A stretch of 64,000 nucleotides of DNA from Patescibacteria group bacterium (GTDB lineage Bacteria; Patescibacteriota; Minisyncoccia; Minisyncoccales; UBA10102). Both the position numbers and the translations under genes were made by a program. The notes under the pieces were generated by a model. It was not told the origin of the DNA. It was given only the letters and a program-made list of their open reading frames with translations, and did not search any database. The stretch's first letter is position 1. Each line of letters starts with the position of its first letter. Below, in pieces: positions 53,455-62,447 of the stretch. The stretch covers positions 129,277 to 193,276 of the forward strand of contig JANBVJ010000001.1 in the NCBI GenBank assembly GCA_024239055.1, given 5' to 3'.

Positions 53455-53931
53455 ATGCCGCAGATTAATTTGGACGCACCAATTAGCTGGTACGAAAACA
53501 GGAAGCTGAGTCTTGTAGAAGGCTTGACTCTAAGAAAAGAACTGAAACCTGTATTCTTTTTAGAAACAGGTCCCATAAGAGAAGAAGACGAGCTAGGGCG
53601 ACTTCCAGTATCCCTCATAATAAGAGAGAGAGAAAGTAACAAATCTCTTCTAGCAGTCTCCTTTATAGAGTTCATTGAGTCATCAGAGCTCACATGGATA
53701 AGTGTTCCAATATCAGCTCTCTTGGAAAAAGATATCCAAACACTTATCAGTGCTGGGATTGTATCCCTATCAAGTCTCGAGATTGGCATAGTGGACGGAA
53801 GTGATGAGGTCTACTTCGACATCAAACTTCAAAATCCAACCATGGAAAGACTGAGTCGAATACTGGAAGCACGATGCTCCCTTAAAGAAGCGTCTGCGGT
53901 ATTCGTAATCGAAAACCCTCTTTTTTCGTAG
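53455..53931 (+). CDS. hypothetical 158-aa protein; islet gene next to tRNA-Glu
   Basis: GAAGGAGAG SD 5 nt upstream. Higher GC than the flanks. I recognise no motif. A hairpin plus T-run follows at about 53945-53980. Confidence 0.6.
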   Translation: MPQINLDAPISWYENRKLSLVEGLTLRKELKPVFFLETGPIREEDELGRLPVSLIIRERESNKSLLAVSFIEFIESSELTWISVPISALLEKDIQTLISAGIVSLSSLEIGIVDGSDEVYFDIKLQNPTMERLSRILEARCSLKEASAVFVIENPLFS

Positions 53932-54004
53932 TCAAACGCCATGCAGCGGTAAGATCATTAAAATCATGCCGCTTTTTCTTTTGGTTTTATGATATAATAT
54001 TGGA

Positions 54005-56611
54005 ATGTCAGAAAAACAAACTCAACTTCCCTTTACTGCTTGGCATGCAGTTCCAATAGAGGAAGTAATTAGAAACTTAAAGACCAATATAAAAACTGGC
54101 CTTGATGCGCTTTCTGTTAAGAAACGGCAAAAAGAGTATGGATTAAATAAACTACCTGAGGAGAAAATAATATCTCCTTTATTAATATTTGCCAGACAAT
54201 TTAAGAGTCCTTTAATACTCATCTTGGTTGTGGCTGGAGTAATAACAATAGCTCTAGGTGAATATGTGGATTCATCTGTAATATTTGGAGCTGTGTTATT
54301 AAACACGTTAATTGGTTATTTTCAAGAATATAAGGCAACGCAAGCACTTTCTGCATTAAAGAAAATCCTTACTTTTACTGCTACCGTATTACGGGAAGGA
54401 CGGGTAAAAGAAATTCCTCAAGCCCAACTCGTACCCGGAGACATTATGATATTAAATCCAGGGGTAAAGGTTCCAGCTGATGGCAGAATCCTCCGGACTT
54501 TAGGAATGCAAATAGGGGAGGCAATCTTAACTGGAGAGTGGATATCTTCTCAAAAGAATACCAAGGTGCTTAAAGCTTCCACTCCATTAGCTGACAGAGA
54601 TAATATGGTGTATATGGGAAGTGTGATTGAGAACGGAGAGGGAATGGCTGTTGTTACTAATACAGGGGAGCAGACAGAACTAGGACGAATAGCTTCTTTG
54701 GTAAGTGAGATTGAGGAAGAGAAGACTCCGTATCAGAGACGCTTATCTCGTCTCTCTTGGATTATTGGAAGTGTAGTTTCAGCTCTAGCATTCTTTATCT
54801 TTATTGAGGGAATACTTACCAATATAGGTTTTGCTGAGATGTTTATTGTAGCTGTAGCGATAGCTGTAGCTGCAATTCCAGAAGGGCTGCCGGTAGCTAT
54901 GACTATTATTTTAGCTATTGGAATGCAGAGAATATTAAAGGAAAATGGATTAGTCAGAAACCTATCTTCTGCTGAAACATTGGGTTCCACCACAGTTATT
55001 GTAACAGATAAAACCCTAACTCTTACAGAAGGAACTATGGAGGTAGCAGAGGTTTATACATACGCTTCATTCAATAAAGAAGCTGTGCTTGTGGGTTCAG
55101 CCTTAGCTAACGAAGCATATGTTGAGAATCCAAATGAAGTCTTTGAGAAACAGATTATTAGAGGAAGACCTACTGATAAAGGATTGCTAGAAGCTGCGCT
55201 AAATATAGGTTTATCAAGCATAGAACTGGAAAAGAAGTATCCTTTACAGCAACGCATTCCATTTGACCCGCTCAATAAATATATAGCCTCATTCCATACA
55301 TACAGAGGTGGCACGAGAGCCTATATATCAGGAGCTCCCGAAGCCATTATATCTCTCTCAAAATGCACAGAAGAAGAAAAAGAAGATATCCAATCTGAGC
55401 TAAACAGACTAAGCAGTCAAGGATTACGTGTTATTGCGGTAGCTCAAAAAGATATTAAGAAAAAAGAAGGTAGTAAGGCAGATCTTACTAATCTTGTGTT
55501 CCTAGGATTTGTTGGCTTGAAAGATCCAATACGAAAAGAAGCTAAAAGCGCAATAAAGGAAGCTAAAAAAGCAGGTATACGTACTATTATTGCAACAGGA
55601 GACCATATGCTTACAGCTTTAGCTGCCGCCAAAGAACTTGGGCTTCCATGGAAACCAAAGAATATCCTAGAAGGAAAGGAGATGGAAAAGATGTCAGATG
55701 AAGAACTAAATGATGTGCTTGAGAATATATATGTATACGCAAGAGTAGAGCCCATTCATAAACTGAGGATTATTGAAGCCTGGCATAGGAAAGGAGAGAC
55801 CATTGCAATGACAGGAGACGGAGTTAACGATGCTCCTGCATTAAAACGAGCTGACATTGGAATTGCAATTGGTTCGGGTACCGACGTGGCAAAAGAAGTT
55901 GCTGATCTTATTCTACTGGGAGATAACTTTAATATAATCCCAGCTGCCGTTCGTCAAGGAAGGATTATTATAGATAACATACGTAAGGTAATCACCTACC
56001 TTTTATCTGGTTCGTTTACCGAAACTATACTTATTGGGACCGCTATTATCTTGGGATTTCCATTACCAATTACCGCTCTACAAATACTTTGGATTAACAT
56101 TGTAGAAGATGGTCTTCCGGGTATTGCTCTTGCCTTTGAAAAGGGAGAAAAAGACGTAATGGAGAGAAAACCAGAGGCCAAAAACGCAGGGCTCCTGACA
56201 AACGAAATGAAGGTAATAATCTTTGCCATCAGCTTTATTACCGACATTATCCTACTGGCTCTCTTTTTCTTCCTCTTTAAGACAGAGTATACAATAGAGC
56301 ACATCCAAACAGTCATATTTGTTGCACTTGGTCTAAGCTCCTTATTTTATGTATTTGCCTGCAAATCCCTTAGAAAAAATATCTGGGAGTATAACATCTT
56401 CTCAAACAAGTTCCTTACAGGTAGCGTTATTCTTGGTATCTTTCTACTTTTGCTACCTATATACGTTCCAGTTCTTCAGAATGTCTTTCATACCGTTCCC
56501 CTAAGTCTCCTTGACTGGGTAGTACTTTTGGCGCTTGCTATTCTTAATCTCCTTTTGATTGAGGCAACAAAGTGGTACTTTATCCAAAAGATGAGAAGAA
56601 AATCTGCATGA
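54005..56611 (+). CDS. P-type cation-transporting ATPase (type II, Ca2+-ATPase-like)
   Basis: TGEW (actuator), phosphorylation site VTDKTLTLTEG (canonical DKTGT with G replaced by L), TGDGVNDAPAL, and 10 TM-like segments. TGaTATAAT lies 6 nt before the ATG. Confidence 0.9.
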   Translation: MSEKQTQLPFTAWHAVPIEEVIRNLKTNIKTGLDALSVKKRQKEYGLNKLPEEKIISPLLIFARQFKSPLILILVVAGVITIALGEYVDSSVIFGAVLLNTLIGYFQEYKATQALSALKKILTFTATVLREGRVKEIPQAQLVPGDIMILNPGVKVPADGRILRTLGMQIGEAILTGEWISSQKNTKVLKASTPLADRDNMVYMGSVIENGEGMAVVTNTGEQTELGRIASLVSEIEEEKTPYQRRLSRLSWIIGSVVSALAFFIFIEGILTNIGFAEMFIVAVAIAVAAIPEGLPVAMTIILAIGMQRILKENGLVRNLSSAETLGSTTVIVTDKTLTLTEGTMEVAEVYTYASFNKEAVLVGSALANEAYVENPNEVFEKQIIRGRPTDKGLLEAALNIGLSSIELEKKYPLQQRIPFDPLNKYIASFHTYRGGTRAYISGAPEAIISLSKCTEEEKEDIQSELNRLSSQGLRVIAVAQKDIKKKEGSKADLTNLVFLGFVGLKDPIRKEAKSAIKEAKKAGIRTIIATGDHMLTALAAAKELGLPWKPKNILEGKEMEKMSDEELNDVLENIYVYARVEPIHKLRIIEAWHRKGETIAMTGDGVNDAPALKRADIGIAIGSGTDVAKEVADLILLGDNFNIIPAAVRQGRIIIDNIRKVITYLLSGSFTETILIGTAIILGFPLPITALQILWINIVEDGLPGIALAFEKGEKDVMERKPEAKNAGLLTNEMKVIIFAISFITDIILLALFFFLFKTEYTIEHIQTVIFVALGLSSLFYVFACKSLRKNIWEYNIFSNKFLTGSVILGIFLLLLPIYVPVLQNVFHTVPLSLLDWVVLLALAILNLLLIEATKWYFIQKMRRKSA

Positions 56612-57576
56612 TTCTCAATATTCTTTTATTAATAGCTTCGGGAGCCATACTTTTTTGGTCAGCAAACCAGATTGTGAAAGGAGTTACATTTGCCGCCAAC
56701 TACTTTAAATGGAGTGAGTTTGTTATTGCTTTTTTTGTCATGGCATTGGCCGGAGCTCTTCCCAACCTATTCGTAGGACTTTCTTCTGTTGCACACGGCA
56801 TTCCAGAACTATCTTTTGGAGATGTGGTAGGAAGTAGTGTTGTAGACTTGACCTTGGTAGTTGCTATTGCGGTCTTTATAGGAGGGGGATTGAGCGCCAA
56901 GGGAAAGACAGTACAGGCATCCTCTGTCTTTGCTATTTTTATTGCCATACTCCCATTACTTCTGATTTTAGATGGTACACTGAGCCGAGGGGATGGAGCT
57001 GCCTTAATTCTAATCTTCATTGCATATACTGCCTGGCTGATTACTAAAAGAAGAAAATTTTCTGCAACCTTTAATAATAATGAGGAAGAACGACCAACGG
57101 TTAAATTTCGTGCTTTGTTTCTAAACTTCATTAGAATGCTAATAGGAATGGCGCTCCTTTTGGTAGCCGCTGAAGGTATGGTGAGATCTATGACGTTCTT
57201 TGCCACGGCTTTTCGGCTTCCTGTTATCCTTTTGGGAATTCTTGTAAGCGGTCTGGGCACGTCTTTACCAGAAGCTTACTTTGCAATAACTGCTGCTAGA
57301 AAAGGGAAAGGAGATATTATTATGGGAGACTTAATGGGTTCTGTTATTGTTGCCTCTTCTTTAGTTTTGGGTATTGTAGCTATACTTCAACCTATTATTA
57401 TTGAAGACTTTTCCCCATTTGCCATAGCCCGTTTCTTTGTCTTTTTTGCCGCCCTCTTTTTCCTCTTGTTTGTGAGAACCGAGCGCAGAGTAACTAAAAA
57501 AGAAGGTATATTCCTTCTTGGGATTTATATTGCCTTTGTTGTTGCAGAAATCATCTCTCATTCCATTGGAATGTAA
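56608..57576 (+). CDS. CaCA-family Na+(H+)/Ca2+ exchanger (YrbG-like)
   Basis: Two alpha-repeat motifs, GDVVGSSVVDL and GDLMGSVIVASSL. ATGA overlap with the ATPase stop. Confidence 0.8.
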   Translation: MILNILLLIASGAILFWSANQIVKGVTFAANYFKWSEFVIAFFVMALAGALPNLFVGLSSVAHGIPELSFGDVVGSSVVDLTLVVAIAVFIGGGLSAKGKTVQASSVFAIFIAILPLLLILDGTLSRGDGAALILIFIAYTAWLITKRRKFSATFNNNEEERPTVKFRALFLNFIRMLIGMALLLVAAEGMVRSMTFFATAFRLPVILLGILVSGLGTSLPEAYFAITAARKGKGDIIMGDLMGSVIVASSLVLGIVAILQPIIIEDFSPFAIARFFVFFAALFFLLFVRTERRVTKKEGIFLLGIYIAFVVAEIISHSIGM

Positions 57577-57598
57577 TAATGTGATAAGCTAAAGACAT

Positions 57599-58651
57599 AT
57601 GGATATAATCTTTATATTGATTGCCTCTATATTGGTTATTGGAGCTGGAGTTTCAGCTGGAGTATTTTTCCTGCGCCGTGAAATAAGAAGTTCAAAGACA
57701 ACAGTAGAGAATACGAGTTTCCTTATGCTCCAGAACCAATTGAATGAACTGCAGCGGTCTGTAGATAGCAAACTGGGGGATTCTTCCAAGATGCTCCACC
57801 AACAGCATTCAGAGTCCACAAAGATTATTCAAAACCTTACTGAAAAACTTACCCAATTAGACGAGACCAATAAACAGGTCTTAAACTTTTCTGACCAGTT
57901 ACGAAACCTGCAGGATATCTTAAAAAACCCAAAGCATAGGGGAATGCTGGGGGAGTATCATTTGGAAACTCTCTTGAAAAATGCGTTTAATCCGACGCAG
58001 TATGAAATGCAGTATAGATTTAAGGATGGCAAAACCGTAGATGCAGTGCTATTTATGGGAGATAAGATAATTCCTATTGATTCTAAATTCTCTCTTGAAA
58101 ACTACAATAAAATTGTAGAAGAAAAAGATGAAAACATTAGAGCTGAGTATGAAAAAGCATTTCAGCAGGATTTAAAGAATAGAATTGACGAAACTGCAAA
58201 ATATATACGCCCAGAGGAGGGGACTATGGAGTTTGCCTTTATGTTTATTCCCGCAGAAGGCATATTCTATGACCTCTTGGTAAATAAGATAGGAGCTATT
58301 AAGTCTAATACCCGAGATTTGATTGATTACGCTATTAACGAAAAAAAGGTACATATTGTCTCCCCAACAACGTTCTACGTAACTCTGCAGAGTATGTGGC
58401 AGGGAATGCGAGCGTATCAGATACAGGAATCTACAAAAGATATATTAAAGAACATCACTCTGCTAAGCCGTCACCTAAAGGCGTATGACGAACATATGCA
58501 GCGTCTTGGGAATCAAATGGGTACTATTGTAAGAACATATAACACAGCCTCAAAAGAGTTTGGCAAGATAGATAAAGATGTCTTAAAGCTTACAGGTTCC
58601 TCTAATAAAACAGATGTACTAGAGCTTGACTTGCCTCATAAAGAGGAGTAA
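57599..58651 (+). CDS. rmuC: DNA recombination protein RmuC
   Basis: N-terminal TM, coiled coil, then ..RGMLGEYHLETLL..VDAVLFMGDKIIPIDSKFSL.. typical of RmuC. Confidence 0.85.
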   Translation: MDIIFILIASILVIGAGVSAGVFFLRREIRSSKTTVENTSFLMLQNQLNELQRSVDSKLGDSSKMLHQQHSESTKIIQNLTEKLTQLDETNKQVLNFSDQLRNLQDILKNPKHRGMLGEYHLETLLKNAFNPTQYEMQYRFKDGKTVDAVLFMGDKIIPIDSKFSLENYNKIVEEKDENIRAEYEKAFQQDLKNRIDETAKYIRPEEGTMEFAFMFIPAEGIFYDLLVNKIGAIKSNTRDLIDYAINEKKVHIVSPTTFYVTLQSMWQGMRAYQIQESTKDILKNITLLSRHLKAYDEHMQRLGNQMGTIVRTYNTASKEFGKIDKDVLKLTGSSNKTDVLELDLPHKEE

Positions 58652-58693
58652 ACAAAAGGAAGGTACCTAAACAATCAAGATCGGAGATCACAG

Positions 58694-59254
58694 TTGACTG
58701 ACGTTTCTATAACTACAGAAACAGCCTACGAGCCCGAACTACGGGGCTCAATACCGTGGGTCATACAGTTGTATCCAGGGGTTCGGGGAGAAAATCTTGA
58801 GTTCTACGCCATTCATCTTTGGAATAGAATCCAGGAAGAAGCGCGTGTTCATCCGCCAGATCCGTATGCGCAGATGGCTTGTAACCAGACATTGGGGCTG
58901 TTTGGCACCTTCTTGGTGCTACTCCCTGGAGGTCAAACTTCAACAAAGGGCATACGGGATCTACTTGAAGACAGGAGTCAAAAGTGGCCTTGGAACGGAG
59001 CATCACCCCCAGGTCCACATACTGTTCTTTTGGCACCCAAACAAGCCAGGCGCAAGACCTCGTTCTTTAACGCCCTTCTGGAAGTGCTCATCAGTTCAGA
59101 ATCTACGGGACAAGCAAAGGAAAAGCAAAAGCTTGCTGCAAGTCTCGTGGCCATGTTCTTTAGTGGACATCCCAGTAAAATGCGGGAGCTTGCAAAGCTT
59201 GTATCTTCTGGAGTACACTATGGAGGTCACTCCAGTATTTCAGTGGATGATTAA
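58694..59254 (+). CDS. hypothetical 186-aa protein; higher-GC islet gene
   Basis: TTG start 6 nt after GGAGA. GC is about 50%. The frame was chosen over two overlapping alternative-frame ORFs on amino-acid plausibility. I recognise no motif. Confidence 0.5.
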   Translation: MTDVSITTETAYEPELRGSIPWVIQLYPGVRGENLEFYAIHLWNRIQEEARVHPPDPYAQMACNQTLGLFGTFLVLLPGGQTSTKGIRDLLEDRSQKWPWNGASPPGPHTVLLAPKQARRKTSFFNALLEVLISSESTGQAKEKQKLAASLVAMFFSGHPSKMRELAKLVSSGVHYGGHSSISVDD

Positions 59255-59273
59255 CCGTCAAACAGGCATTCAA

Positions 59274-59310
59274 GAGGTACGTTCCATTTATGGAAAACGG
59301 CCTCTTTTTT
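59274..59310 (+). terminator. intrinsic terminator after the 58694 gene
   Basis: GAGGTACGTT..AACGGCCTC stem followed by TTTTTT. Confidence 0.55.
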
Positions 59311-59311
59311 A

Positions 59312-59339
59312 TTGACTTTCTCCATATTTCCCATATAAT
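59312..59339 (+). promoter_or_regulatory. rplU promoter
   Basis: TTGACT, 16 nt, TATAAT, and 9 nt to the ATG. Confidence 0.6.
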
Positions 59340-59348
59340 ACTTCTTGT

Positions 59349-59660
59349 ATGTTTGCAGTAATAAAAACAGGGGGAAAGCAATATATTGTTGAACCTGGAA
59401 CAAAACTAAAAATAGAGAAACTCAAAGAAACTGAGGGTGATATTGTATTTAACGAAGTACTTTTAGTTGAAAAGAACAAAAAGCTTCAAATAGGGGAGCC
59501 TACGGTTGAGGGAGCTAAGGTTATAGGAAAGATGATTGGAGAGGGCAAGAGAAAGAAAGTAGTTATTATGAAATACAAGGCAAAGAAGCGTCAGCGCACA
59601 AAAACAGGGCACAGACAACTATATACTGAGGTGGAAATTACAAAGATTGATACAAAATAA
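59349..59660 (+). CDS. rplU: 50S ribosomal protein L21
   Basis: MFAVIKTGGKQYIVEPG..KVVIMKYKAKKRQRTKTGHRQLYTEVEI. Confidence 0.95.
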   Translation: MFAVIKTGGKQYIVEPGTKLKIEKLKETEGDIVFNEVLLVEKNKKLQIGEPTVEGAKVIGKMIGEGKRKKVVIMKYKAKKRQRTKTGHRQLYTEVEITKIDTK

Positions 59661-59709
59661 AGAAGGCCGTCCGTAAGGATCAGCCCTCTTCTTTTTTTTC
59701 TCTGGAAAG

Positions 59710-60243
59710 CTATAGTCGATAGCGCTTTGCCACAAAGTCTGAGATCAACGTAGCAAAGTAGCCAAAGCCTGCGACAAAAGCTACAAAGACGGCAGGAGAC
59801 CACTGCCGTTCACCCATTATCATGAGAACGACCATCGCTATACCCATGAAACCCAGAATGTACTGAGCTGCAAAGTAAGCCAGGTGGATTCTCCCGACGA
59901 GTGATACTGCCCCAATGTAGGGGTATAAGGAATTTGGTATCTGCCGCGGCCCCAGATAAATCCGGTGCCACAGTGCAGTCCAAGCAATTCCTACCAGGAA
60001 GCAGACGGTTACTACCCAAATTGGCAAAGGCCATCTCTCCACTAGGACAAATGCTATTGCAAAATCCATAATAGAAAGAAACCATCTATCTCCCCATTTA
60101 AAGAAGTTTAAATCCTGCAAATACAGAATTTCTCCTCTTGGGGGAATTGTGCCCTTTGCAACCGACCTCCGCTCCGAAGAAAGGAGGAGGAAAACAAAGA
60201 GAAAATTCAAGACTACAGCTAGGGCTCCAATAAATATACCCAC
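59710..60243 (-). CDS. hypothetical 177-aa polytopic membrane protein; higher-GC islet gene
   Basis: GTG start 7 nt after AAGGAG. There are 5-6 hydrophobic helices. GC is about 50%. Confidence 0.6.
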   Translation of the reverse strand: MGIFIGALAVVLNFLFVFLLLSSERRSVAKGTIPPRGEILYLQDLNFFKWGDRWFLSIMDFAIAFVLVERWPLPIWVVTVCFLVGIAWTALWHRIYLGPRQIPNSLYPYIGAVSLVGRIHLAYFAAQYILGFMGIAMVVLMIMGERQWSPAVFVAFVAGFGYFATLISDFVAKRYRL

Positions 60244-60297
60244 GTTCTATCTCCTTCTGGCACTTATGCCCCAACAAATTGTATTCGAACTAAATAA

Positions 60298-60326
60298 ACA
60301 ATATCACATATTGTAATATTTGTCAA
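60298..60326 (-). promoter_or_regulatory. promoter of the 60243 gene with an inverted repeat over the -10
   Basis: On the minus strand: TTGACA, 17 nt, TATTGT. ACAATAT-GTG-ATATTGT (60298-60314) overlaps the -10. Confidence 0.55.
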
Positions 60327-60351
60327 CTCTTTAAAATTTCTTAAATTAAGG

Positions 60352-60981
60352 CTAGCGGCGAGATTCAAGAGCTGAGGTTAAGGTCTCCTCATCTGCGTAT
60401 TCCATCTCGCCTCCCATTGGAAGTCCTCTTCCAAGACGTGTAGTTTTTATCTTTAAAGGTTCAAGCATCCGTTCAAGATACAGCATTGTTGCTTCACCCT
60501 CAGTTGTGGGATTTATTGCTAAAATAACCTCATCAAAAGTAGTGGAGGAAAGACCTGCTTTTGTTGGATTTACAATATACTCTTTAAGAATTTGAACCCT
60601 AAGCTTTTTTAAATCCTCACGTCGCAACTGGCCTACCGTGCCACCCAAGATGAAATACAGACCACTGTACTTCTTTGTCTTTTCCAAGGCCTCCAAATCA
60701 CTTTCTTTTTCCACTACGCAGAGTAGGGAAGTGTTCCGTTGTGAGTTGCGACATATAGTACAGAGAGTTGTATCTCCATTTTCTCTCTTATCAAATGGAT
60801 TAAAGCAGAAAGAACAGAGCGCAGTATTTGCTCTCAGTTCTGTAATTGAAGACATGAGCTGTTCTGCATCTTCTTTAGAGGCTTTTAAAAGATAAAAAAC
60901 AAAACGAGCCGCTCCTCTGCGGCCCACTCCCGGAAACTTAGAGAATATTTCAATGAGATTCTGTACGGCTTTCGGATACAT
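60352..60981 (-). CDS. recR: recombination protein RecR
   Basis: FSKFPGVGRRGAARF (HhH), a Cys4 zinc finger CSFC..CTIC, and a Toprim region. Confidence 0.93.
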   Translation of the reverse strand: MYPKAVQNLIEIFSKFPGVGRRGAARFVFYLLKASKEDAEQLMSSITELRANTALCSFCFNPFDKRENGDTTLCTICRNSQRNTSLLCVVEKESDLEALEKTKKYSGLYFILGGTVGQLRREDLKKLRVQILKEYIVNPTKAGLSSTTFDEVILAINPTTEGEATMLYLERMLEPLKIKTTRLGRGLPMGGEMEYADEETLTSALESRR

Positions 60982-60986
60982 TGATA

Positions 60987-62393
60987 TTAAAATGGTTCTT
61001 TTGTTGGCTCCTCACCGTTTATGGGCTCTTGCATATCTTTTCCCAAATCACTAAAACTAACTGTTTTTTCATTAAAGAATAACTTTACTCCACCTACTGG
61101 TCCATTTCTATGCTTTGCCACAATAATATGAGCTATATTCTTATCTGGTGTATCAGGTCGATACTTATCTTCGCGGTATATAAACATGACGACATCGGCA
61201 TCCTGTTCTAAAGCACCAGACTCCCTAAGATCAGGTAGACGAGGTATTGGAGGAATTCTCCGTTCCACTTCTCTAGATAATTGAGATAATGCTACAACAG
61301 GAATGTTTAACTCCCGTGCCAACTGCTTTAAGGAACGGGATATCTCTGTAATCTGTTGAACGATAGGGGCTTGTGAGTTTCTTGGCTCAATAAGCTGTAG
61401 ATAATCAATAATAAGTAGACCAAGTCCCTGATTTGCCTGCAGGCGCCTTGCCATAGCCCGCATCTGCAAAATATTTATGCCAGGGGTATCATCTACAAAT
61501 ATAGGGGCTTCCGATAAAGTACCTAAAGCTGTCTGTATTCTCTCAAAGTCATTATCCTGACCTTGATGAGATAGCTTTCCTGTGCGTAACCTCCACAAGT
61601 CTACACCTGCTTGAGCGGCAATAAATCTATCCACCACCTGATCTTTTGACATCTCCAAACTAAATATACCAACTGGAATCTTGTGATTTAATGCCACACG
61701 TCTTCCAATATCCATAGCTAATGCTGACTTCCCTAAAGAAGGACGAGCAGCTAGTATAATTAAGTCTGACTTCTGGAATCCTGAAAGTATATTATCTAAA
61801 TCCTTAAATCCAGTTGGAACTCCTCTTGTGCCACCATCATTCTTTGAGAGTCTGTCTATTCTCTCAAAGGCCTCTTCTAGGGCATCTTTAATCTTTGTAA
61901 AGTTCTTAGAAAGGGATTTTTGAGAAAGAGCAAAAAGACTCGCCTCAGCCTTATCTAATAAAATATCTGATTCTTCTTTTTCATCGTACCCCATTAACTC
62001 TATTTCTTGAGAAACACTAATCATATCACGTAAGATACGCTTTGACTGGACTATTTTGGCATACGTAAGAATATGAGAAGCAGTGGGTACCATATTAATA
62101 AGATCTGTAAGATATGCCTGACCTCCAATACTCTCTAACTGTTTCTTTTCTTTTAATCTTGATGCCACAGAAAGTAAATCTATAGGATCTGATCTATCAA
62201 ATAACTCTTCCATGGCGGTATAAATAATGCCATGATTACCTTTATAAAAATCTCTCGATTCCAATAAATCTATAACTTTAAGAATTGCATCCTTATCTAA
62301 CATTAAGGCACCCAAACATGACATCTCAGCCTCAATGTTTTGAGGAGGAAGTTTAATAATACTTTGTGTTGTTTGCGTTTGAGAATCTGGCAT
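60987..62393 (-). CDS. dnaB: replicative DNA helicase DnaB
   Basis: PPQNIEAEMSCLGALML, Walker A ARPSLGKSA, Walker B IIDYLQL. Confidence 0.95.
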   Translation of the reverse strand: MPDSQTQTTQSIIKLPPQNIEAEMSCLGALMLDKDAILKVIDLLESRDFYKGNHGIIYTAMEELFDRSDPIDLLSVASRLKEKKQLESIGGQAYLTDLINMVPTASHILTYAKIVQSKRILRDMISVSQEIELMGYDEKEESDILLDKAEASLFALSQKSLSKNFTKIKDALEEAFERIDRLSKNDGGTRGVPTGFKDLDNILSGFQKSDLIILAARPSLGKSALAMDIGRRVALNHKIPVGIFSLEMSKDQVVDRFIAAQAGVDLWRLRTGKLSHQGQDNDFERIQTALGTLSEAPIFVDDTPGINILQMRAMARRLQANQGLGLLIIDYLQLIEPRNSQAPIVQQITEISRSLKQLARELNIPVVALSQLSREVERRIPPIPRLPDLRESGALEQDADVVMFIYREDKYRPDTPDKNIAHIIVAKHRNGPVGGVKLFFNEKTVSFSDLGKDMQEPINGEEPTKEPF

Positions 62394-62447
62394 ATTTATA
62401 TTTTTAGATTAACAAAAATAAATTTTTATAACAACCATATAACAATT

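Noticed and set aside
53343-53789. 148-aa minus-strand ORF opposite the 53455 gene
   Set aside because: It would run into and across tRNA-Glu, it has no SD or promoter, and its composition is Ser/Leu-rich and antisense-like.
58761-59315. Alternative ORFs (58797-59315 plus strand, 58761-59036 minus strand) overlapping the 58694 gene
   Set aside because: Long overlapping ORFs are expected in a locally GC-rich segment. The alternative peptides are Arg/Trp/Cys-rich and lack SD sites. Only the 58694 frame has a GGAGA at correct spacing. Confidence in the chosen frame is still only moderate.
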